A stretch of 63,507 bases of DNA, filler included, from Octopus bimaculoides (taxonomy: Eukaryota): NCBI RefSeq assembly GCF_001194135.2. It is 5 parts of 4 records of this genome, joined end to end, with 100 filler letters (N's around TTAATTAATTAA, not from the genome) between each part and the next. Parts side by side here need not be neighbours in the genome. Positions count along the whole stretch, not along the records: positions 27,790 to 44,201 come from NC_068982.1; 4 more parts are not named here. The stretch is one strand, 5' to 3'. Each line of letters starts with the position of its first letter. Position 1 is the stretch's first letter. The notes beneath the pieces were generated by a model. That model was not told where the DNA came from and did no database searches. It saw only the letters and a list, made by a program, of their open reading frames with translations. The translations under genes were made by a program, and so were the position numbers. Positions 29,076 to 41,617 of the stretch are shown here, piece after piece.

Positions 29076-30977
29076 TATATTGCTTGTTGCAGCTGATTCA
29101 ACTGCATTATTAATGCGGTCAAGAAATGCAAGAAAGTTAAGTCCAAGTACGGAAGGTAATAATTAAATATTCGATTGTAAAAGCTCATGCAGTTGCTCGA
29201 AGCATTATTGTTGTTTTTTTTTATTTTATCAGTGTTCCATCCGAGAATTATGATTAACCAATATTTTAAATAATTTTCATTCGAAGAAGCAACGAAGTTA
29301 GATCTCTCATGTAAATCACATTTTAGCGATGTCAAATAAAACTTCAAAGATGTTTTTCTCATGTGTTCGGTCGATCTGCTAGAAATTGCAACCAGCTTAC
29401 AGACTTAAACAAACAGCATATTCGATTTACCGCCAAGACAAACAGTAAAAATTACAATTCTACTCACGGCTGAAATAACTTTCACCGTCAGTTTGCTCAG
29501 TCAGAGTGGTTTGGGAAGTTTTGATTGAGCGAGAACAACTGCAAAAATATCTTCACGTGTAGCGTGTATATTTTTGTTCTAAAAATCCGCTACAACTTCA
29601 TGCGACATCTGCACTAGTAGTTATAGATGCAAAGGACATATTTGAAAGGGTAACCCCATACTACACATACACAGACACACACAACACAAAAACGAACAAA
29701 TCTATCTGAAGTTTTTGCTATTTTTAGCGATTCAAGGAGGAACGTAAAGGCTTTCTTGTTCGCTTGTCACTGATGTCGAAAATTGTAAACAAGGATTAGT
29801 ATAAACTGCGCTGAGGCTTTAGGAACTAAATTTCCAATATCATTGTCAATCGTTCTTTTGACAGTCCAAATCATTCTGTATTCACTTTAAGACAGTGTAT
29901 TCAGGATATCATCCATGGCTCAAGGGAGATTTGGCTGCTATCTCTGACAGTTCGAGTGCTCACTTAGGGGTTTAGTTGACCTGGCTGATTTTAATTGTGG
30001 AGCCGACTTCCCTGTGTAAATTTGTTAAGTCTCAATTAATTTTATTGGAATTACCAATATAATGATTTAATTTGGCGACGAAATATTATTCCCACAGTTA
30101 TGAATTGCATCCCGACGTTCATTATGGCACCATATTAATTAATTTTATTTATTTATTTATTTATTTATTGGGAACAGTGAATCTCGAAACGGATAAAGCT
30201 ATAAATAATAGCGTGTAAATATTGGGTTTAAAAACCCTTTGGTTAGAAAAGGCCGAAGACCGCATGCGAGACTCAATCCCACATCTTCTGCAGACATGAC
30301 ATATGCTTTGCCATTCGACAGAAACAATCCTTCCAATTTCTTTATTCACTATAGAAATTTCATTCTTACCAGTGAGAATTTTATGTTGTTGACATCACCA
30401 GACTAATTCATTTTCGAATGAGATATGGATGAATTTACTGTTGTTTATCGTCTAGTCAGCCATGACTGGGCAACCCTTTGATCAAAGGTATTTTAGCTAT
30501 GATCATCCTGTCTTACTTTTAGACACGGTATATCTAGCGCTACATTATCCACTGTATTGTTCCTCTTATAAGAGATAGTAGGATGAGATTTGAGGCAGAA
30601 TTGATTGTTATTTATAGCAGCTTTAGCAACTACATAGATGTTACTTCATTGGTTCCATATGGATACAACAAGATCCATATACTGAAAATTTTAAGGAGTT
30701 ACAGGTTTATTTATAATCATTATTTGGAAACTTTGATAAAAAGCTGTTATTTTATTCATTTATGCTGAGAGTTTCTTAAACGAGTGAAACTGCTTTAATA
30801 TATTCTTAAATCATATACTTCCGCTCATGATTATCATGATTTCTTTTGCTATTTCATTAAATTCATGTTTTCAAAGAACGGACTATTCTCTTTAAAGGTT
30901 ACTAGATGTATCTTATTTTTTTTCAGACCTATAGTTTCTAGTGATCTCACAACAGTCACTCTGTTTTTAAATTTAAG

Positions 30978-31031
<54 letters not shown>

Positions 31032-31791
31032 ATGCGTGCATGCGTGCCCGCGCGTCACTCTACATGTTTGTGTGTCTTTCTCTGTCCGTCTGTCTGTCTC
31101 ACTCTTGTCAGCTGAATGGCATGAAATTAGAAATTGACTCATAGGTAGTTGACTATTTTTATTTGTATCGATTCGATTTCTAGTTGTATTATTCATTTCG
31201 TCTCAGTTACATCGTTAATCTGTTTTGAAGATACGAGCATTACACACACTTATATCACTACTACCGCTCTCATTTTTTTTTAAAATATGCATCTAAAGAA
31301 GAAACATCTATTGTATTCAAAGTAACCCTCGTCGATATGCTATAGTTGGATTCAGCGAATCGAATCCGAAATTAGTGATGCTTCATGAGCATCAGCAATA
31401 TGCACTAGATTTGGCAACAGCGTCACTGCTTGAGTTAATCTCCATTTGAAATCTTAAGTTTCATGTCAGAAGAAGAAATTATTATAATTATGTTGAAATT
31501 AATTAAAACGGTAAATATCTTCGGTAAGAATATCAATGAGTTAATTCTAGTAATAAGAGCCGCTTGGTGCTTCACTGCCAATAAGGCTACTTTCATAAAC
31601 TTGAGGAGGATGCAAACACTTTAGATTATTTTAAAATTCAATTAGCAGCAATTAGCTTCTCTCAAGCGATTACATTATAGACTGTAACCGACAGAAACAA
31701 GAAGTGTTTTCATAACATCTTATAGTCAGTACATTTCGTTGTTTTACATTACTTGAAGTTAATGAATATCGTTTTACTATAGTATATAAAT

Positions 31792-31965
31792 ATTGGTTTC
31801 AAATTCTGGCACAAGACTAGCAATATCTGAGGTGGGGTAAGTCGATTACATCGACCCCAGCACTCAATTGGTACTTATTTTATCGACTCCGAAAGGATGA
31901 AAGACAAGGTCGACCTCGGCAGAATTTGAACTCAGAACGTGAAGATGGACGAAATGCTGCTAAAA
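31792..31965 (-). mobile_element. SINE family B
   Basis: Reverse complement of the family B core. Confidence 0.8.
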
Positions 31966-32399
31966 TATAGTATATAAATATTGATTTCTTCCATTGATAT
32001 GAAATCGGAGATCTATAACTGGCATGAAGGGTATTATTCTTATTTTCCAAGATAGACACAATTTCATTCCTTCTTTCTTTTCTTGAACCCTTAAATCTTG
32101 ACACAGTTGTAAGGACACCATCGTGAAATAAGGCGTGTCTTTAATACTTTAAAGAACCCTAGAACTGAATGAAAAGCAAAGTTGACCACTGGGGGAGGGA
32201 TATGAACTCACAGAGCAAAGGATATCGACGGTATTCTGACACCATAACGACCCTTCCAACTTAACACCTGTAGACTGATAACAGTCTAAGAAGACATGTA
32301 GTGGGCACAATAAAGATAATATAACTATCAGAGCCACTGCCCTCTGGGCGGTTTTCTACTGGTATATGTCATGCATGCTTTTATAAAACTCCTATAAAG

Positions 32400-34207
32400 T
32401 GAATATCAGTTAACACGTGCCCGACAATATGAATTAGAGCGTTGGTCATTCTTGTCAGCATGTAAAACAATACTGAAATCTTTTAAAGCTTCTGTTTCAA
32501 TAGTTGCTCTGAAACAATATATTGTATTAGTTATCGTGTATGGTTTTCGAAATCTCACCACAAAAATTCGTATGCCACAGATTTCACTGTGTCATGGAAG
32601 TAGATTTGGACAAACTTCAAATTGTCATCATTTGAAAGTAATGATCCGATCATGTGACAAACTTTTCCCAGCACCTAAAATGTAGAGCCGTGGGCTCTAA
32701 TTTTTTTGAAACCCAAAAAATCCAATGCCGGCACATTGTTATAGGAGTGTACATTTTCCAGGAAACTGTTTCTTGTTTGAGCAACATCGAAGTACCTAAG
32801 AATATTACAGTTTGTCCAGTTTTACCATCTCTTCAAACCAACAAAGAGATTTTGATTCAGGATGTCATCTGTAAGCTTTGAAGCATTAGCAAATATTGTC
32901 GAAAAGACTCCCTGCATTGTGTGAGTGTATAAGAGACACTGCTCTTGAAAGTCATCGAAATTGGCATTCATCGCTAACACTTGAACATACTCGTGCTTAG
33001 TTTGAAAGCTTTTCATCTATTCGCCTGCTGTACTCATTCGGTTTGCTCTTTCAGCATCCTGTTTGTTTACACTGCTTTTATTATTTGTATTTCACTACTA
33101 TTTGCAGGAGACATTTGTCTGCATATCCTGTACATTTGATAATGATTATCAATTGGCACTTGAACATTCACAGTTTGTGAAAGCTGGCTCATTGTATTGC
33201 TTTGAAGTAATTTATTTTCCTCTTGAGATACACTCACCAATCTCTCACATGTAGTAGAAACAGAATTATATTCTCAACGCCTACGTGCATCTTCAAACAT
33301 TTCTTTCAGTTACTTTGCCCTGGTTTCTTCTGATTCAGTTGGCCTGCTCTCCATTTGTCACTGTGCCTTTGTTGCATATTTTTTTGGACGATCCATGTTA
33401 AATTAAAAAATTCATAAGTGTAAAACAACTATCACAGTATTATATTGTATTATAGTAGTGTAACCAACGGAGGCACAGAAATTAACCCAAGACTTTCATT
33501 ATTCAAAGAACTGTGGTTTACACATTTGTGTATAAAATAAAATAAAACTTGAAACGAAAAATTTCTAAGTATTTTTATATGATAAATATAGTGTAAAAAT
33601 GTTTATAATTATTCTAGAAGTGTTTCAGAGAAAATCTTTGTAATCGCTTATTTTTAATGAGAACAATTGAACAGAGGTGGTAAAGAGCGAGCGAGAGAGC
33701 GAGAGAGCGATTGAGAGAGTAAGATCGTGAGAGAGGGAGAAGAGAGACAACGTTGCGAGGAAGAACGTGAAAGAAACAGTGTACAGAAGAAAGATGAAAA
33801 GTATTAAATGAAATACTAGAGGAAGGGATACACACGAAGTTTATGAGAGAAAGTGAGAGAAGAGGTAAAGACCAAAGAGAATACGCTGAAAATGAGAAGA
33901 AAATTGAGAGAAAAATAGTTGTAAGGACAGAGAAGTAGAAGTTTGCAAGGAAACAGTAGAAGAAAATGGATAAAAATGTAAGGTTTTAGAAGTTGCTGAA
34001 TATGCTGCAGTGAATAATTAGTTTTCTGTCGAAGCGTGTAGTTGAAATTTCCAATAATAAAAGAAAATTGAAAATCACATTTTGATACATTTTATTGAAT
34101 TTATAAGAATTTTCTGAATAGTGTCAGTTTTAATAATTGCTTTCTTTTAATAAAAGCTTCATACTCATAACTAATTAATAAGCAAATTTCTTTATTATAG
34201 TTTAGGA
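32400..34207 (-). mobile_element. Helitron remnant (5' region and N-terminal Rep-Hel coding relic, about 32400-33395)
   Basis: Reads NSFLENVHSYNN...STF*VLGKVCHMIGSLLSNDDNLKFVQIYFHD and EALKDFSIVLHADK, matching FL.NIR.YN...F...G.VYH.IGSLL...F.QIYF of Helitron transposases. The putative TC 5' end near 34207 is uncertain. Confidence 0.7.
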
Positions 34208-35419
34208 CTATAGTATACTTGGCTCAGAGGGTTCGGTAAAATATCGCTCTGAAAGATTTAAAATATTTCCTTTCGTCCATCATGGGTTTGATCGCAAATC
34301 CCACTGGCGTCATTAACATCCTGTTATGAAAATAATTCTACCGCTACTGGACTAGATTCGATTCAGTAGACTATATTATATAACCTACATAAATACTTCA
34401 GTCCTAAGTTTCCGACCGGAAAGAGAGAGTTTGTAAACTTCTTCCAGAGAAATCTAAGATACGGTCTTTAGTTACACTTAATGTCGGTTTACTTACGTTG
34501 CTTAATTCCTTTGTAAAGTAATTCCCTGAGAAATATAGAATTTTTTTGTTGCTTGTCAAAGAGAAGCCAATATAATTATTGTTCCAATAACCAAGTGTAG
34601 TAATATTTCATATGAGATGAAGAAAATAGGCAAATTTTTTAGATTTTAAAACTTTTATTTTATACAAATTGACATCTTGTTGTTGCTGTTGCTGCTGATG
34701 TGTCGTTGTTGCTGTCATTTAACACCAGGTCAAACCTGTTTGAGCGGACCTACCTTCTAAGTCATTCTAGTCGTGACTACTCGTCTTTTTTAGTTTAGTT
34801 ATTGACGACTATATTATTTAATGCGCTTTCTTCCGTTACTTAAGTAGGTAGAGTGTGAGGTTGGCCAACCACGAAAGTTGTTACCCATTAGATTGCATCC
34901 ACAGTGGTAACTGTTGTCGTCGTCGCTGTTGTAGTTTTTGTCGGCTTCATCGTTATTGTTGTTTTTGTCGTCGTCGTTGTTATTGTTGTAGCTTAACCTC
35001 TCTGAAATATTGGTCGAGTAGACCTTCTGCCAAAGGAAAAGCAGCACTTCACCATCTCGTCGTATATTCAATATCTTCAGGAAAGTTTATCAGACGTTAT
35101 CCACTTAAAAAAAATGAAGGTGTTTATTCAATAAGTTATAGCTGCTAATGTTAGCAATCCAAGCTTAATATGCTGTATAGAAGGTTCCTTATTGGCATGC
35201 TCTTAATGTTGTTTTTTATAGGCCAACAAAATTTGGCATGAAAATCTAAAGGAAATAAATACTAACATTGCTGAATACATTTTCTACAGCACGTTGTCTT
35301 TGACATACTTACGTAATTAGGGGTGTATTTATATGTGTTACACTGATACACACAGACATGCACAAACATACATCTGATACATACACACATATATACAGAT
35401 AGCTAGCTAGCTAGCTAAC

Positions 35420-35453
<34 letters not shown>

Positions 35454-35459
35454 CATACA

Positions 35460-35494
<35 letters not shown>

Positions 35495-35516
35495 GTGTGT
35501 ACGTGTGCATGCATGC

Positions 35517-35576
<60 letters not shown>

Positions 35577-36113
35577 CTTTTTGCAGCGTCTCTCATAAAT
35601 AAAATCAAGCCGCATACATATACCTACACATACACACATGCATACGCACATATATATGCATGTTCTCTTGTTTTTAATAATGTGAATACTTCCGAAAAGA
35701 AGCTGGTTTGTACCAAAGATACAAAGCTCCATCGTTGGAATGCAGATAAATAAAAATAATGTGACGTTTTAAACTTGAGAAAAGTTTTGAATATTTTTAC
35801 TGTTCTTCTTACGGATTGTATTTGTAACGTGTTAGTTGGTTGATTTCGTTTTCTAAAAATTCTAGCTTATCCAGATTTCCACTTAAGTATTTATTCACAA
35901 AACCAAGTGCGCTATTTACTATTGATATAAATTTTGAAGAGCTATTCACATCAGCAGAGCAATTTATGATGGTAAATAATTTTTGTCTGCCACAAACAAT
36001 TTCCAGCCTGTCATGTTTATATATGCACATACATACATGCACACATGCATACATACATGCATACATACATACATGCATGCATGCATTCATACATACATAC
36101 ATACATACATACA

Positions 36114-36145
<32 letters not shown>

Positions 36146-36149
36146 GTTC

Positions 36150-36370
36150 AAATTTACACAAAACAAAAGGCGAAGGCAGGTGAAAGAACAACAAGCAAGT
36201 GTATAAGTTTAACGCTCTGGAAGAATGGAAAAGTCTTTTACGTTTCAAGCCTACACTCTTCGGCAGAAAGGATTAAGAGAAAAAAAAGGGAGAGAGAATG
36301 AAAAAAAAAAACACGGAGAGAGAAAAATATGTGTAGGGCTTAACGGTTCGACATGATGAAATAACCAGAA
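36150..36370 (-). mobile_element. Solo PLE terminal-repeat remnant with hammerhead-like motif (36233-36271)
   Basis: Homologous to about 48460-48570. Minus strand reads CTTT-CTGCCGA-A-GAGT-GTAG-GCTT-GAAA-CG-TA-AAAG. Confidence 0.65.
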
Positions 36371-36651
36371 GAAAAGCTGAATGACAGGGAGATAATAACG
36401 GTGAACTGGCGGTCAAACGAATTTGCTCAAGTGCATGTGTGTACTTTAGAATGGTGTGCGTGAGTGTGGGAATGAGTATATGAGTATGTACGTGTGGGTG
36501 AGCTGAAGAATATGTGTGTGTATGTGTAAGTGACCCAATGCGTACATAATGTGGAGCGATATACGTTACATGTACTGACATGTATATGTAACTATACATA
36601 CATATATACATATATATATGTGTATATATATATATATATATACATATATAT

Positions 36652-36701
<50 letters not shown>

Positions 36702-36704
<3 letters not shown>

Positions 36705-37310
36705 CAGAATATCAGAAGTCCTTATATATCGCTGATCATAATGCGCTTCCAGTCTTTCCTTTATTGCAACCTTCTGTTCCATTTCATTTGGGCCCGGGTT
36801 GTTTGACTATGTCGTCTCTCCATAATATTGGAGATTTTCTTTGAAGTCCTCCGACCTCTTCGATACCATTCAATTTCTTCACAAGTCCATCTGTTAGCTG
36901 CGAGCCCTGTGACTTGTTTCGCCCATCAGAATTTTAGCTTTTGGTATTCCTCGAACACATCGTCCACTCCACTCCGTTCTTGAATTACCACATTTCGAAT
37001 ATGTGCCTAGCATATTTATTTCCATGGATTTCTGTATCGTATCCCGGTATGGACGGAAAGTTGGAGTGTTACAGCTCATCGTTCATATTGATACCACCTG
37101 TCGAATCAATCACTCTGATGACTATTTCGAAACATAAGGTGAAGGGCTTTTAAGAGATGGTATCTCTTTGTTTGATGCCCTTCCCGCCTGGAACTTATAT
37201 GAGTTGTGACTGCAGAACTTTATCAGTAGTGTACTCTGATTTCAACACTCTGCGAAGAATTTTGCATATTATTTTAATTCCTTGCATCTTCAGGGAATGT
37301 ATGGAAGTCT
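36702..37310 (-). mobile_element. RTE-clade LINE fragment (RT plus C-terminus, internally deleted)
   Basis: GIKQRDTIS*KPFTLCFEIVIRVIDSTGGINMNDEL resembles GVRQGDTISPKLF; downstream KLKF*WAKQVT...NRWT and WRDDIVK. Confidence 0.75.
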
Positions 37311-38057
37311 ATAGAAAAATAAATGAATAAATAAATATATAGTTAGAATAATAGACAGACAGACAGACAGAGAGTGAGACAGAGGGAGAGAGATTCTTAT
37401 CATTATCCAGCACAACTCTCCCTAGACACAACAAAATTCATTTCAGCACAGGAGTTCACATAAAGAATCTTGTAAACCAGACACAAAAACGCAGCATATT
37501 TAATTTTCCATCATAATAAGATTCTAGTGCATAATTTTGTATTATAATTACGCAAGTGTCAGGACTCTTCTAACATTCATAATATGGGACGTGTAAAGAG
37601 TTCTACGAGTTCTACGTTATGAGTCTTACACTACCAAGTTTGTCATACGATCATTTGCTAACGTCTCATACTGCTTGCTTTATCAACATCAACCATTGAA
37701 TCTCAGTGCAGGTGGGTGTTGATACATGATCCAACGCATTATTTAACAGATAAACGAGATTTTTATCATGATGTAATTTATGATATCTTTGTTATTTTTC
37801 ACTTATCAATCTTCCTGATTCTTCAGAATTGACATTAAATTACAAAATTATACTGCTTATTCTAATAACGAACAGGACAAATAGAAATACTGTTTTTTTT
37901 TTTTTTTTGTTGTTTGGTTTCGGGGTTTCATTTTTGCCTTTTCACTTGATAGAAAGATTTTAAAAACTACTTGATATGAAACATTATCATGTTCTTTTAT
38001 TTCTAGGATTGTACATAATTGTATTCAATACAACATTAAACTAAATTCAGCTATTAT

Positions 38058-38250
38058 TAATATTGGTTTCAAATTATGGCACAAGGCCAGCAATTTTGTG
38101 AGAAGGTTAAATCGATTACAACAACCCTAGTGCTCAACTGGTACTTATTTTATCGATCCCTTAAAGGCTGAGGCAAAGTCAACCTCGGTAGCATTAGAAC
38201 TAAGAACGTAAAGACGAATGAAATGCCGCTAAGAATTTTGCCCGGTGTGC
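38058..38250 (-). mobile_element. SINE family B
   Basis: Reverse complement of the family B core and tail. Confidence 0.75.
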
Positions 38251-38252
38251 TG

Positions 38253-38582
38253 ATCCATATCTTAATAATACTGCCTCATCTTGATTGCTTGAGTGAGATT
38301 GCTTACATTCAACTTGGATTTTTAAAGTCTTCGAAATTCCGTGAAAAAAATTTTTTTAGTGTGGTCTTCTTTCATTTCTAGACTTTTGATTTTATCACAC
38401 CCCAGTATTCCAAGATATTTTTATGCTTCTTCTACATTTAAGGAGTTTATACTCCTACCATCAGGTAGTTCTATTTCAGTACCTTTTGTGCTTTTAACGC
38501 TTTCTCTTCATCGCTGCACATTTCTCCATATCAAATGTCATGACTATGTCGCTGCTAAATATTCATACTTACATACTATTTT
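38253..38582 (-). mobile_element. R4/Dong-clade RT fragment (domains 6-7)
   Basis: IFSSDIVMTFDMEKCA, then IELPDGRSINSLNVEEA*KYLGILGCDKIK and KSKLNVSNLTQAI. Confidence 0.8.
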
Positions 38583-38781
38583 CCAAAAATGAAAAAGGAT
38601 AATAATAAGAATAGTCTGAATATAATGCAATGCTAGTTACGAGCTACAGACAGAAGTTATTTACAAGGCATTTCTATCGGTTGTATCATTATTATAAACA
38701 GAAAACGCGAATGAGAAAGACAAGATGGAGTAAACAGAATAAGGTCAGAAAGAAAGAGAAGACACAGAGAAGAACAAATAG

Positions 38782-38912
38782 TCATTCAGGAGGTCACAAA
38801 ATGTGTGACGAAAGAACATTGATAAAATAACCAATAACTAATGATAATAAAGCTGAAGTGAAAGTCAAATAGTGCGTGTGTTTTTTAGCAAAATGACCGT
38901 CCCCAAATATAA
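38782..38912 (+). repeat. Diverged copy of the repeat forming the 41.3-41.6 kb palindrome
   Basis: GAGGTCAC...GTGTGACGAAAGAA...AATAAAGCTGAA...AAATAGTGCGTGTGTTTT...GACC.TCCCCAAATA. Confidence 0.75.
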
Positions 38913-39683
38913 GAATAGCTAATAATAAGTCATTCTATTTTTTATATTCTTTTAAGATGATGGTGTGTGATTTGTTTGAGATTTAGAACCTTGAGTGATC
39001 GAGTAGAGTCTTCTTTACTGAATGGCCGCTATAGAAAGTATACTTCTTTTTACACTAAATTTGAAAGGAAAGGCGAATAAACATGAGTGTAATGGTCTTG
39101 CTCCTATGTCTGCTTAGAGTTGATATGGAATTAAATAACAATACAAAATAATAAGATTCTCAATACAGTTTCAATGCTCGGTAAGAGTAAACGACTATAG
39201 TTTGTAAGCAAACAAGTCAGTACATACGGAATGCAGATGGTACAATCATTACCAACATAACTCTCAATGTTAAGCAACACTATAAGCGAAAGGGGTTCAT
39301 AATGAGTTTTAGATAAAAAAAAATTCCTAAAAAGAGAAAAAAAAATGATGAAACCACTGCTTGCAAAATTTCCCCCAAGGCATTTTTAATGCAGTCAGCA
39401 CGCCTTGAACTACTAAGTTTGCGACGGTGCAATGCCATAGTTGCAAACAGGCATAAAGAACTATGACAATGACTGTCGCAGCTGTAACTTTAGTAAAGTA
39501 GTTTAACTCTAAACGGCCGAGTCAATTTCGCTGTAAAGAACAAAACTAGCACTGCGTCATTTACAATGGAGGGCTGTGATTTTGCAATATGTAGTATACA
39601 AAACAAGCATCACTTAACTAATTTAAAGCATGGTAACAGAACCCTATAAATTGGTTAAAACAGAAGAATATACTCAGTAAAAT

Positions 39684-40390
39684 GTGGCGAGCTGGCAGAA
39701 TTGTTAACACACCGGACAAAATGCTCAGCGGGATTTTGTCCGTCTTTACGTTCTGAGTTTAAAATCCGCAGAAGTCGACTTTACTTTTCATCATTTCAAG
39801 GTCGATAAAACAGTACCATTAAAAACATCAAAGGAACTTCCTTTACATTCTGTTGGCATCTGAGATCGATCTAATCGGCGTACCCCATCTCATGAAATTG
39901 CTGGCTTTGTGCAAAAATTTGAAATTAATATCTAAACATAGTGAGTGGATGATCACGTAGAACCGAGGGGTGAGACAGCTGCAGAGAAAATGACCTGGTT
40001 ATAATATTATCATCCCGAGAGAAGTCAGTAAATTGCAATAATACTCTGTGGTATCTAGTTTCACTTCTCTACATTCTGAGTTCAAATAATGCCGAGACCA
40101 ATTTCCCATTACATTCTTTCGGGATCGATAATTAAGTACGAGTGATATATTTTATCGATACAATCAATATACCAGTATAAATGCGAGAAGTTGCGATTAT
40201 GTTAGAAATTAATACGGTCTTCAAAACTTAGGTGGGAGTATTAATAGAATTGGTAGAGCGCCGAACAAAATTGCATGCACTCTGTTTCTGAATCGAGTTC
40301 CAATTATCTTTTCATTGTCGATAAATCAAGTTCCAGTGAATATAATCACCAGCATCCCTCCTGGTTAATCTGAAGTTTTGTGCCTGTGTT
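39684..40390 (+). mobile_element. Three tandem diverged family B SINEs
   Basis: Repeated GGCAGAATTGTTA / TTCTGAGTTCAAAT / GTCGATAAA elements. Confidence 0.6.
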
Positions 40391-41307
40391 GAAAAGAAAG
40401 CAGCACTATGTTCCCCGAAAGAAAGAGGTAATTGGTCGGGACTTGGGGACTTGCCGAAACAATGAAGCATCAAAACCAGCAAAGAAACTTCCTTTACATT
40501 TTATTGGCATCTTAATTCATTCGTTCAATAATTCATAGTAATTGCTATAAAATTTTTATTTATATTCATTAATATAACCCCTCATTGATCAATTAAATTA
40601 ATAATCTTTTAAGATGTTTCACAATCTAACGCCATCACCTCCTGATATCTCTTTCTAAGCCCTTGACTTTCTTAGTACCAATGTCTAGTGTATGAAGAAA
40701 GAAGACGGTTTGGATTTTTTACTCTATCTTACAATAACTGAATCGTAATATTTGTATTTCACAAATTTATGTGTATTCTTAGAAAATTCGCACAAAAAAG
40801 ACTCATTAAAACGACAAACGTTAAACACATTTTCTGACCCTAGTTCAGGAATATTGATGATTGTTTCATCATCTAGATCCCCTCAGAAAGACAGATTTTT
40901 AATTCACGTGATCCCTTGCAATAAGTTGTAGTTCCATCGTTTTAGTAACGTTCACTTTGTTAAAGAACGTTTTGATCATTACTCATTAAGTTTCCAGATA
41001 AATTGAGACATGAAGGTGGAATTTTCTGTCTTTTGATCGAAATATGTAAAGATACTGACGATAACGACCCTTTAAATTGTTCTTGGTAAGCCCTATATGA
41101 TACCTTTCAATATACAACTCGTTTGATGAAACAGAATTCCCAAGTGCACAATTGTGGACCACGCAATATCGGTAGCGTTTGATCAGTGATGTCGTCCGTT
41201 TAAGAATAACTGACCATACTCTTGTATAAATTAAAAATGTACTTTGGTTATATGTTGGTAGAAAATATGTATGTATGTATATTGATGTAAACTCGTGTGT
41301 TGAAACA

Positions 41308-41617
41308 GATATTACTATATTTGGAGATGGTCATGTTGCCAACATAGCCAATGAAAACACACTCTCACTATTTATTCGGTGTTCGTTTGCTTCAGCTTTA
41401 TTTAATATTGATTATATTTCGGCCAGAGAGTTCTTTCGTCACACTTCTGTGACCTCATGAAAGGACCACTGATGAGGTCACAGAAGTGTGACGAAAGAAT
41501 TCTGGCTGAAATATAATTAATATGAAATAAAGCTGAAACAAGTGAACACCGAATAAATAGTGCGTGTGTTTTCATTGGCTATGTTGGCAACACGACCATC
41601 CCCAAATACAACAATAT
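41308..41617. repeat. Long inverted repeat (two ~145-150 bp arms, ~90% identical, 13-nt loop 41459-41471), probably inverted PLE-type terminal repeats
   Basis: Directly aligned by eye. The right arm carries a hammerhead core. Confidence 0.9.
41466..41505 (+). ncRNA. Minimal type-I hammerhead motif
   Basis: CCA-CTGATGA-G-GTCACA-GAAG-TGTGAC-GAAA-GAATTC-TGG: exact core, 6-bp stem II, 3-bp stem I. Stem III appears to lack 2 nt relative to the other arm. Confidence 0.6.

Noticed and set aside
29093-29155. 63-nt phase-1 symmetric + strand exon candidate (DSTALLMRSRNARKLSPSTE); a similar 88-nt candidate at 40998-41085
   Set aside because: The splice sites are plausible, but there is no recognisable peptide or consistent partner exon. 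Such hits are expected by chance in 16 kb.
34021-34047. TTTTCTGTCGAAGCGTGTAGTTGAAA similar to the 36.2/48.5 kb hammerhead family
   Set aside because: Stem III, the cleavage site and flanking homology are absent, and it lies within the putative Helitron region.
37115-37140. CTGATGA...GAAAC motif
   Set aside because: No stems form, and it is the antisense of RTE RT coding sequence.
37681-37725. Small hairpin as a possible pre-miRNA
   Set aside because: The stem is too short and irregular for a Drosha substrate, and there is no other support.
38574-38625. Perfect minus-strand donor GTAAGTATG with a 43-nt exon
   Set aside because: The donor coincides with the start of the R4 RT relic (VSMNIFSSDI), which explains the sequence.
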